From Prorocentrum cordatum (Eukaryota): 64,000 nt of DNA. This document shows positions 1 to 11,156 of this stretch, one piece after another. Below the pieces are notes generated by a model. That model made no database searches. It was not told the origin of the DNA and saw only the letters and a program-made list of their open reading frames with translations. Location of the stretch: positions 1-64,000 of the forward strand of contig CAUYUJ010000064.1 in NCBI GenBank assembly GCA_963575745.1. Reading direction: 5' to 3'. A program made the translations under genes and the position numbers. Each line of letters starts with the position of its first letter. The stretch's first letter is position 1.

Positions 1-407
1 TTCCTCCTGCCCCTCCTCAATCTTCCCTCCTACCTCCTCCCTCCTCCTCATCCGCCTCCCTTTTCCTCTGTGGCCTGGTCGGTCTCCTGAGACCCTCCCA
101 AAGAACCGACGACTCCGCAGGAACTCGCCCAAGGTGAGGCTCTGAAACGGAGCTGGCCTCCAGGAAAAACGGGGCTCGGCGGTTTGACGCAAGATTAGAG
201 CGCGAAGGGCAGCCCCCAGCACTTTCCAGAGATGAGGTTCCCTCCCCACCCTTAACTTGTTCAAAGCCTCACACACCAGACGACTAGCGGGCTTACCTGG
301 CTGCGTTGAGAAAGCCGTCCGCCACACATACAGAAAACCAGGGCGACGACACTCCCATCGGCGCCTCCCCGTGCGGGCATCATCGAGCGATCACCCCGAC
401 GCCTTCG

Positions 408-2474
408 CCTCTCCCTCCTCCTCCTCCTCCTCCTCCTCCTCCTCCTCCTCCTCCTCCTCTTCCTCCACCTCCTCCTCCTCCTCCTCCTCCTCCTCCTCCT
501 CCTCCTCCTCCTCCTCCTCCTCCTCCTCCTCCTCCTCCTCCTCCTCCTCCCCCTCCTCATCATTCGCCTCCCTCCTCAGTCCTCCGTCCTCCTCCCTCCT
601 CCTGCCTTCGCATCCCTCCTCCTCCCACCTCCCTCCTCCTCCTCCTCCTCCTCCTCCTACTCTCCTTCTCCCCCCTCCCCCTCCCTCCTCCCCCCTCCAC
701 CTCCCCCTCCCCCTCCTCCTCCTCGTCCTCCTCCTCCTCCTCCTCCTCCTCCGCCTCCTCTTCCTCCTCCTCCTTCTCCTCCTCCTCGTCTTATTATCAG
801 TATTCGCAGTATTAGTATTATTGTTATCAATCATTGTTATTATTGTTATTAGTGTTATCATTATTATTACTATTAGTATTATCAGTATTATTAATAGTAT
901 TATTAGTATTATTAGTATTATTATTATTAGTATTATGATTATTATTATTAGTAATATCATTATTGTTATTATTATTAGTATTATTATTGCTAATATTATT
1001 ATAATTATTGGTATTATTATTAGTAGTAGAATTAGTATTACTATTAATATTATTAGTATTATTCTTGGTAGTATTATGATTAGTATTAATCATATGATTA
1101 TTATTATTATTCCTATGAGTAGTATTATGATTAATAGTATTGTTAGTATTGTTAGTATTATTAGGAATATTAGTGTTATTAGTATTATTACTATTATTAA
1201 TAGCATTCGTAGTAGTATTAATATTATTGTTACTGGTTTCATGCTTATTAGTAGTATTATTGTTATTAGTGCTGTTCTTACGGTTGCTATTATTATTACC
1301 ATTAGTATTATCATTGCTATGACTATTAGCAACAATAGTATTATTAGTAGTAGTAGTAGTAGTAGTATTAATAGTATTCGTATTAGTATTAGTATTATTA
1401 GTATTATCATAATCATGATTATGATTAGTAGTCTTAGTATTATTGTTAGTAGTATTGTTAATAGTCTTATTAGTCATATTACTATTAGCAGTAGTAGTAA
1501 TACTGTTATTATTAATATAATCATCATCACCAGTATTAGCATGAGTATTCTTAGTAGTATTAGTCGTATTATTATTAGTAGTTATATTAAATGTTGTTAT
1601 GCGTATGGTTAGTAGTATTAGTATTACCTATAGTATTAGTAGTCGTATTATTACTGTTAATAATATTGTTAATATTGTCATTATGCTTATTAGCAGTACA
1701 ATTATTATTGCTAGTAATAGTATTAGTGTTAGTAGTAGTAGTACTAATAGTAGTGTCATTCGTATCATTATTACCATTATTCGTAGTATTGCTTATTAGT
1801 ATGACTAATATCAGCATTGTTAGTAGTATTATTAGTATTCGTGTTATTATTAGTAGTAGTAGTAGTATGATTACTAGTATTATTATTAGTATGATTAGAA
1901 ATCGTATTCGTACTAATAATCATATTATGAGTATTCATCATCCTATGTTTAGAATTGGTATTATTATTGCTATTATTAATAATAACCATAATAGTAGTAG
2001 TATTATTAGTATGAATATTAGAATTACTAGCATTCTTAGTATTATTATGAGTATGGTTAGCCTTCTTCTTATAAGTAGGAGTATTATTCTTCGCATTGTG
2101 AATGTTATTATTAGTATAATCCTCCTTATTCTTTTTAGTATGATCGTTCTTCTTATGATTAGTAATAGTTCTTCATTAGTAGTAGTGTTCGTTTTCTTCT
2201 TCGTCTTGGTATTATTCTTCTTCGTATGATTCGTCTTATGCTTATTCGTCGTACTGTTATTCTTAGTATGCTTCCTCTTAGTATTATTAGTCGTAATAAT
2301 ATATGTGTATTATTATTCTTGGTATTGTTATCAGTCGTCTTCTTGCTATTATTCTTATTACCATTATTCTTATTATTATTATTATTATTCCTCCTCCCCC
2401 TCCTCCTCCTTCTCCTCCTCCTCCTCCTTCTCCTCCTCATCCTCCTCCTCCTCATCCTCCTCCTCCTCCTCCTT
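408..2474. repeat. Compound microsatellite (CCT)n - degenerate (ATT/AGT)n - (CCT)n
   Basis: Direct inspection. Confidence 0.95.
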
Positions 2475-4612
2475 CCCGGCGCCAGACTGCCCCGGCAATG
2501 CTCTTGAGCCCGAAAAACTTGGCGAAGAGACGGCCCGGGCGCTTCTTGACGGGCAAACTGCGAACGCGCCCAGCAGCCCCCCGAATCATGGACGTCTGAA
2601 ACTCCAAGATGCACGCCGGGGACACGGGTTCGTCTTTCGAGATTGCCTAAACCTTCTCCAAGAAAGCTTTGAACTCAGGACGCTCGCAAACCATTTTTCG
2701 AGAGCGGTTGATCGCCCTCTGGTCTGGGAAGGTTGCACTAGAGCTTTAGGACCACGGGCGCACGGTGTGAGAGGTCCTCGGCCGCCGCAACCTCCGCCAT
2801 CTTAGGAGATCTGATCCATCGCCCACCCAGGGTTGGAGACAAAGCACAGATTGGCATAGGCGAGGATACGTTGGGAGAGGCAGAAGCGAGTAGAATGAGG
2901 AAGTTGATGCTCCAGGAATTCTCTGAATATGCAAGCCCACTGCCCTCCATCTGACCAGCCCAGTCTGAGTAGACTGCGCTGGCCAAGCCCGGGTGGCCAA
3001 GCGCATGCCTGGGAAGCTCCGCCCCGAGATTGAAGCCACCAAGGAGTAACACCACGCACGCGGCAGGCGACGCACTCGTGGCGCGTGGCGCTCTGGCACC
3101 CAGGTGACGAAAGAGATTGGCCAGGGCGACGACGCCTTCTGCGCGCGCGCCTTCCCAAAAGAAATGATGAACAGACGCATCCAGGCGCGAGTGGTACACT
3201 AACTTTCGAAGCTCGGCAAGGCTGCCATGTGTCTTTTGAAACGCCGCGATACACATCTCTTTCACAAACTTGGACTGACATCATACTTTCTTCGACCGCA
3301 CATGCGCTCGGCGGTGAAAAAGCGCGCGGCAATTCCAAGATGGAAACTCAAGCGGCATGGCTTTGCTTCCTGGGCCTCTTCAAGCCCCAAGAATAGCGAT
3401 AAAAGCTCCACGTCGCCTCCGCTAGGGCCCTGAAGTGGCGCATGATGGCCTCCTACAGCACGTTCTTCTGGATGCCGATATCCACAATGATCTCGATGCA
3501 GTAGCGGATCTGCGGGGGGGGGTCGCAAGGAAGAGGGGCCACCGACGCCGGGGGCTTCCATGCTGCGCTGGTTTCGTCGCTATCCTTGTCCGCGAAGTAC
3601 GCTGGTTGGGCGCCAAGTCTGTGAGCCGACGCTTGAGTGATTTGAGGGCCAGCTCCCTCTTGATTCGGCATGGGGTTTTACTGCATACACGTATTTCTCA
3701 TGATCGACACTCCCGACGTCCTGCAAGCGGAACCTCTTCCACGTACCATCTGCATTGCGTAGAGCTCCACAAGATTGCGCAATTTCCCGACATGCATATG
3801 CTCGACGGCCTCGCACTTGAAGCACAAAGCGTTTGCCAATTGGGTCGCTCTGCAGCACAAGATCATCCTCTTCCACCGTGTTGCTTCGACTGAGCGACGC
3901 CCCCAGACCGGACGGCACGACCTGTTTCGACAGCGCCCATTTGGATCGGACAATGAGGATGGTCGAGTCGAAGTCTGTCTCTCGGAATCTGAAGTGACCA
4001 TGGTATCTGGTTTCTGGACGACGCCGTTGTTGACCTCGCCCCAGCACGCCCATGATGTGGTCGACCTCCTCCTCAAGTTTCTTGATTCGCTTGTCCGAAT
4101 TCTTAATGTATTGCCCAACTGTCGAGGGCCTGAACTCGCACCTCTTCGAAATCGAGTCACACAAGCTTGAAGCCGTACGAGACAAGGTAACGGTGCCCTC
4201 GGCTGCAGCACTCTGCTGGGCCTCGAGGGCCTGGATGGTGCAGAGCATCTCATCCTTGGCGTCGTCGACGTACTCCATGAGAGATTCCAGGGAAAGACCT
4301 CCTGCAAGACGCTCTTGCTTGCCTTGACCTGCGATGGAGGACCAGCGCAGCCAGACTCACTAGCCGTATCATCACCATTAACCGCGCGTGGAGGAGTATC
4401 CCCAAGACTCCTTTTCTGGCCATCACCTCCACCAGGCATTGCGCCAGAGATGTAGGGTGCAGGAAACCAGACGTACTGTTACGCGGATGCAACAGTGAGC
4501 TGACGATCCTGCCAGAAAGGGGGCAAAATGCCTTGCTGTTGAGCACTCGAGCACTCACCGAACACACCCTCCACGACCGACAAAAAGGTGGCTTCGGGCA
4601 ACGGCTTCGGGC
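2475..4612 (-). mobile_element. Decayed LINE 5' portion: ORF1 (~3580-4440) plus APE-endonuclease remnant (~2740-3330)
   Basis: Coiled-coil ORF1 (DKRIKKLEEEVD...GKRFVLQ...LRNADGTW) followed by IAAFQKTHG (QETH-like), LLGGFN (GDFN-like) and SHRAPV (SDHxPV-like); no RT seen; flanked by (CCT)n. Confidence 0.6.
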
Positions 4613-4789
4613 CTCCTCCTCCTCCTCCTCCTCCTCCTCCTCCTCCTGCTCATCATCCTTGTCCCCTCCCCTCCTCTCCTCCTCCTCCTCCTCCTCCTCC
4701 TCCTCCTCACTCCTCCTCCTCCTCCTCCTCCTCCTCTCCTCCTCCTCCCTCCTCCTCCTGCTACTCCCAGTCCTACTCCTCCTCCTCCA

Positions 4790-4960
4790 TTCTCCTTATA
4801 GATAACTCCCCCATGTCGCGCCCCGAGACCGGTCAAACGGGCGGGCAGGGCGTTTCGCCTGAGACCGCCTCACAACTTATGATCCTGCAGCTTGAAAATT
4901 GCAAGAGCTTCGCGGATGGATGGCGGTTTTCAAAATGTGGCTCTCGCATTAGCGCTCCGG
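4790..4960. repeat. Truncated third copy of the ~0.8-kb repeat
   Basis: tccttatagata...ggtcaaacgggcgggc...ttttcaaaatgtggctctcgc, starting directly after (CCT)n. Confidence 0.65.
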
Positions 4961-5825
4961 GTTAGGGTCACTCTTACGCGTAGCCGATGAGGCTTAAGCG
5001 CGGCCAAGGAGGTCCGCAGCAGCCCCGGCCCTTCGCCCAGGACGGCCGGCGCCGACGGTGGCCCCCTGGTTCCCTCCAAGCCCCCCCATCAGCTCAACAC
5101 CCACCCGCGTTCTCTGCCTTCGGGGCTATCCCTTAGCCGACACCCGTTGAGGGATCTGCCCCCCCCCACCTCGGCTCTGGGGAGTCATGGAGGCAGGGCA
5201 GCCCATAGACGCTGCACGTCGGTAGCGGCTGCCTACTGTTTGCACTACGGCCAGATCATCCAGAGAAGGGCTTCTTGGGATCCTCCTCTACCTCAGCGGC
5301 GAAGGGCGCACCGACGCCGCAAGGACGCCAAAGCCCACCCCATCCGGCGACGCCTTCGTCCCCCTTCTATCCCCGTGATCTCCGCCCACCTCCCCGTCCT
5401 CGCGGGCAGGCGCTGGCGAGGGCGGTGGCGAGAGCGTGCGGCCAACTCGGCTAGAGCTGAGCAGCACGATCCCGCAGTCCCCAGAGCTCGGGTCGCAGAT
5501 GAGGTGGCAGTGGGAGCGGCGTCGAAGTCTGAGGTTGGTGACGTGGTGGACCTGCGGAGCATGCGTGGCGTAGGTGGGTGGCCGTGGCAGCCGCCTGGAG
5601 CCTGAAATGTGGCCACAGGTAAATCGAAGTCGTGGGAGTAGTGGGAGTTGCCGCTGGCTTCGCTGGAGTGGGGCTGTAGGAGGTTGGAGCTGGAGTTAGG
5701 CGTGGGTAGTGCTGTCGCTGTGCTGCCGTCGTAGCTGCTGCCGATACTGCGGTGCTGGCTGGCGGGTAGACGCTCTGGTGTCGCTGGGTGGCAGCGAGCG
5801 CATGGGAGTGGACCTCTCCTCGATT

Positions 5826-6396
5826 TCCTCCTCCTCCTCCTCCTCTTCCTCCTCCTCCTCCTCCTCCTCCGCCTCCTCCTCCTCCTCCTCCTCCTCCTCC
5901 TCCTCCCCTTAGTATTATTATATTAGTATTAAGTAGCGTGATTGATACTATTGCATGAGTACTGTTAGTGTCATCATTATTATGACTAGTTTATTCTTAT
6001 TGATAGTGATATTATTATGTTTCGCCTTCGTCTTAGTAGTATTGTTCTTAGTTCTAGTATTGGTGTGATTAGTCATATAGTACTACCATTGTAATCATAC
6101 TGATATTAGTAGTAGTTGTCTTAGTAGTCGCCGTATCAGTTTTTTCAATAATAGTCTGAATAGTAGTGTTATTACTACAATCAGTGATGTTATTGCTGTT
6201 GATATTCCTCTTGAAAGTTTTCTTCGCATTAGTATCAGAAGCAGTAGTAGAAGTAGTAGTAGTAGTTTATTATTAGTATTACTCGTATTAGTCTTCTTAT
6301 TAATATGAGCAGTGTGGTTCTTACTATGAGAAATATTACTATTATTATTCATCCTCCTCCTCTGGTCCTTCTCCTCCTCTTCCTCCTCCTCCTCCA

Positions 6397-6487
<91 letters not shown>

Positions 6488-6823
6488 ATCAGCATCAGCA
6501 TCATCATAACATTCGTCATCATCTGCATCAGCATCAGCATCAGCATCAGCATCATCATCAACATCATCAGCATCAGCATCATCATCAGCAGCAGCATCGT
6601 CATCAGCAGCATCACCAACATCATCATCAGCAGCAGGAGTATCATAATCAGCATCATCAGCATCACCAACGTCACCATCATCATCAGCAGCAGCATCATC
6701 ATCGTCATCATCATCAACGTCATCATCGTCGTCATCATCATCACAATCAGCATCATTATCATCATCAGCAGCAGCATCATCAGCATCATCATCACCATCA
6801 CCATCACCATTAGAATCATCAGT

Positions 6824-6875
<52 letters not shown>

Positions 6876-6893
6876 GCATCGTCAGTATCACCG

Positions 6894-6951
<58 letters not shown>
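5826..6951. repeat. Compound microsatellite (CCT)n - (ATT/AGT)n - (ATC/AGC)n
   Basis: Direct inspection. Confidence 0.92.
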
Positions 6952-6954
<3 letters not shown>

Positions 6955-9024
6955 TCCTCGTCCTGCTACTGATACTGTTATTCCTGCTGATGTGTTGTCC
7001 TCCTCCTGGGTCGCAATCCCTCCTTCCCTCCCTCGTCCCTCCTCCTGGGTCACTATCCCTCCCTAGCCCCCTTCCTCTTCCTCCTCAGCAACACGCAACA
7101 ACCATTTGACTCGATCGGCAGCGTACGCGCAAGTCATCGACCAAGCCGATCTGACGGTCACGTGTTCCTCGCCTTTCCCTGCACACGCCCTCGAAGTCAA
7201 TAGACGTACCCCCATTGCGGGGGAGCCGCTCGCTTTCACACCAGCTCATGGGTAGACTTCAGCTAGGCAAGGAAGGCATGCGTGTGCGCGGCCTCGGAAG
7301 AAGGTCAGCTGCGAGGACAGAAACGCACACGTGAGCGTGCACATACACTCATCCTGCGGCCATGAAGAACGCCGACTAAGAAACGAAGGACTAAGGAACG
7401 AAGGGGCAACGAAGAGGTTCCCCGACCTAGATCTGAGTCACGGCCCGAAAACCAAAGGCCCTCCTGAATCAAAAATGGTCCGTATTTCAGCGCATTGACC
7501 CCATCTCCTCCTCAGCATCAGCCTCACCCTCACCCTGAGCTTCTGGCACATACGCCGCGAATCACGGCTGGGCCCTCAGGGAAAACCCGCGTGTAACCTG
7601 GGACCTACACATACACATCACAGCCACAAACACTCCGAACCCCGAGACACGAAGCCAGCCCTGCCACCACCACCACCACCACCACCACCACCACCACCAC
7701 CATCACCGAAGTGCATATTGCACACAATTTGCATGCCTCTGCAAAGGGGCCAGAACCTAATCCCATGAGACACGCAAGCACCAAACCAAAAATAAGTACG
7801 CACGGCTGTGAGGCAGGGAGAAGCGACGGAACGGAAAAACACGAGGCGGAACCACCCCACGACCGCCGCATCACCACACCGACAAAGATATAGCCCCGAA
7901 TGCAGCGTCGTGGGGGCGGCTGGACCGCGTCAGTAGGCGACCGGCGAGCACAAAACGGAACTATAGAACCGTCAGCCGCCCCCGCGGCGTCAGTGCTTGA
8001 TCGACGCCAGGCTCGAGCGCAGCCACCCGAAGACACAAAACCAAGTGGATATCGTCGACATGTGATTTCTCCCCCCCCTCCTCAACCCCCCAAATAACGT
8101 GTGGCATTACTCAGCAGCACCACCAGAGTACCCGAGACCAGAACAAAGTGGCGCCAAGACGGTGGCCGCACCAGCGGTGGCGCAGGGCGCCGACGTGGTG
8201 CAGTTAGACGAACCGCTCACTTAGGCGCCACCCAATCGTACGGCAATGGGGCCCAGAACCGAACTCTGGCGTCACAGTGCGAATCACAAACCTGTTCAGA
8301 CGCCTACTTCTGCCAGGCCCTCGGAAGAGCACGACTCCGCAAAGCCCTTCTCGGGCGCCGTGTTCTCCCCCAGGGAAACGTGAGGTCATCTACGGAATTT
8401 CACCGAAGCACACCACACATTCGGCTCAAACACCGATGCGCGTTCACCCAACGAGTCGCCGGTCAGCCTCCCAGGACCCGCAGCCGACGCCTAAGCCCAA
8501 GCTGGCGCCGCAGCCCCAGCTGTCATCGAAGCCCCAGCTGGCGCCGAACCCCCCACGCAGGAAAGAGCCGAGGCCCCAACAACCTCCGCGGCGTGATGGT
8601 CTGTGGGGGGTGGGGGGTGGCACCCCCGCCCCCCAACATACCTGACGGCTCAGAGGATGGCCGACCCGATCACAAACAAGAGAACCTAGCCACAGCAGCA
8701 ATCGACCATGCTTCTCCAACGACAAAGAAGGGGGCAACCCGAATGGGGTTGGGGTTAGACGCCCCCGTTGCCCCCATCCCCCTAAGCACACCGCCATTTG
8801 CCCCAAAAGTGGCGCAGAGCACCAGCCAGGGATAAGGAAGTCGCGTTTCCGACGTTCGGCCACGTGGAGGCGTGTGCACCTCTTCGTCCTCCATCTCCTC
8901 CATCTCCTCCGTCTCATCCATCTCCTCCAGTTCCTCTTCCACTTCCTCCTCCTCCCCTCCTCCTCCTCTCCTCATCCTCCTCCTCCTCCTCCTCCTCTTC
9001 CTCCTCCTCCGCCTCCTCCTCCTC

Positions 9025-9858
9025 GTTCCTTCAACACATAAACAACTCCGCCCAGTCGCACCCCAAGGCCGGTCGAAAGGGCGGGCCGACCGCTTTGCCT
9101 AAAACTTCCTCGTCACTTACGACCCTGGAACTTAAAGTCGACTAAACTTCGCACCGATTGAAGGCGGGCGGTTTTCAAAATGTCGCTCTCGCCTCAGCGC
9201 CGCACACCTTCGTTCTTAGAAATTGCAGGAGCTTCACGGATGGATGGTGGCCCATTTTCAAAATTTGGCTATCGCCTCAGCGCCGCGCACATTTGTTCGA
9301 ACAAATTGCAAAAGCGTCACGGATTGAGGGCGGGTCGTTCTCAAAATGTGACTCTCGCCTACGCGCCGTGCACACTCGCTTCAAAAATGTGCAAGAGCTT
9401 CAAAGATTGAGGGCGGGTCGTTTTCAAAATGTGGCTCTCGCCTGGGCGCCGTGCACATTCGTTTCCAAATTTGCACGAGCTTCACGGATTGAGGGCGGGT
9501 GGTTTTCAAAATGTGCATCTCGCCTTCGCGCCGCGCACTTTCGTTCGACAAGATGAAAGCGTTGCACGGATTCCCATGGTCAACATGCCAGAGATGGTGT
9601 TTTGAAAAGACTCAAGAGTGTAAGGGCGCGACAATTGCGTTGATTCGCGGTGTTGGTGTTCTGGCGCGGTTCCAGTTTGTCCAGACGCAAAATTCGTATT
9701 GACTCGTGGCGCTGAAATCGCGAGAATCATGTTTTGGCACGTTTCGGGGTCTTCAAGCGGTTGTCTCAAAACGAAGCCGTTCCCCAAGCGCTTATGAAGA
9801 GGGAGCTTGGAACAAGGGTATATTCCAACATCGTTGACGGTTGTTGGCTTCACACTGG
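9025..9858. mobile_element. ~0.8-kb non-autonomous repeat with five internal ~83-bp tandem units, embedded in (CCT)n
   Basis: Unit gagggcgggtcgttttcaaaatgtggctctcgcc...; homologous end-to-end with 10010-10796; both end acactgg|tcctcct. Confidence 0.75.
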
Positions 9859-10009
9859 TCCTCCTCCTCCTCATCCTCCTCCTCCATCCTCTTCCTCTTC
9901 CTCTCCTCTTCCTCCTCCTCCTCCTCCTCCTCCTCCTCCTCCTCATCCTCCTCCTCCTTCTCCTCCTAGTGCTCCTCCTCCTCCTTCTCCTCATATCCTC
10001 CTTCACTCC

Positions 10010-10796
10010 TTTTCCTTGTAGATACCTCTGCCCCGTCGCACCTCGAGGCTGGTCGAAAGAGCGGGCTGGGCAGTTCGCCTGATACTTCCCCACCACTTAT
10101 GTCCCTGAAGCATAAAAACTGGCAAAGCCTTCACAAATGGATGGCGGGCGGCTTTCAAAATGTGGCTCTCGCCTTCGCGCCGTGCACATTCGTTTCAAAC
10201 ATGTGCAAGAGCCTCCGGGATTGAAGGCGGGTCGTTTTCAAAATGTGGCTCTCGCCTTCGCGCCGCGCAGATTCGTTTCAAAAGTTTACAAGAGCTTCAC
10301 GAATTGAGGGCGGGTGGTGTTCAAAATGTGGCTCTCACCTTCGCACCGCGCACATCCTTTCTAAATGTGTGCGAGAGCTTCACGGGCTGAGGGCGGGGTG
10401 GTTTTCAAAATGAGGCTCTCACCTGGGCGCCGCGCAAATTCGTGTTACAAATTCGCAAGGAGTTTCATTAGCTGTCATGGTTAATGTACCAGAAACTGTG
10501 ACTTGGAACGATTCAGGATTGGCAGGGAGCAACAGTTACGTGGCTTCGCGGCGTTGAAGTCCCAGGAATGGTAGTCTGACACGACTCAGGATCGCCTAGA
10601 CATAAAAGTAATACTAACGCGTGGCGTTGACAGTCCTCAGAATTGTGTTTGGGCACGCTGCCGGATTTGCACACGGTTGTCCCCCAACAGGGTACGTAAT
10701 TCTTTCAGGGGCATGAACCTTTGCAGGGGCCTCTGAGAGGGAGTTTGGAGGGAGGGTGCATTCCGACATCGTCGATGACTCTTGGGTTTACACTGG
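10010..10796. mobile_element. Second diverged copy of the ~0.8-kb repeat (four ~83-bp units)
   Basis: Same start motif (tccttgtagata...gtcgca...ggtcgaaag), same units, same end. Confidence 0.75.
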
Positions 10797-11131
10797 TCCT
10801 CCTCCTCCTCCTCATCATAATCATCATCCTGCTCCCCCTCCATCCTCTTCCTCTTTTTCGTCCTCCTCCTCCTCTTCTTCCTCCATCCTCTTCTTCCTCC
10901 TCCTCCTCATCATCATCCTCCTCCTCATCCTCTTCCTCTTCCTCCTCCTCCTCCTCCTCCTCCTCCTCCTCCTCCTCCTCCTCCTCCTCCCCCTCCCCGT
11001 CACCCTCCCCCTCCCCCTCCCCCTCCTCCTCCTCTTCGTACTTCATCGTTGCGCCACCTTTGCAACCTCCCACCGCGCGTGTGGCGTTCTGCCCGCGCGC
11101 GGCGCGCAAGGCAGCGCGGCACGGGCTGGGC

Positions 11132-11156
11132 CTCCACCTCCACGGCCTGCGCGCGC
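11132..11156 (-). CDS. Candidate 25-bp micro-exon RAQAVEVE of the same gene
   Basis: gcacag|GCGCGC...GTGGAG|gcccag; correct phase and position just before the expected AF..L helix, but short. Confidence 0.55.

Noticed and set aside
257..2614. Long poly-Ser/Ile/Pro/Asn ORFs
   Set aside because: They are translations of (CCT)n and (ATT/AGT)n microsatellites that lack stops in some frames.
9160..10440. 83-bp units as a CRISPR array
   Set aside because: The whole unit is homologous between copies, so there are no spacers; the context is eukaryotic.
1..11100. Search for the final Cfr/RlmN exons (…R…G.DI.AACGQL)
   Set aside because: No convincing exon found by eye; they probably lie beyond the window start or were missed.
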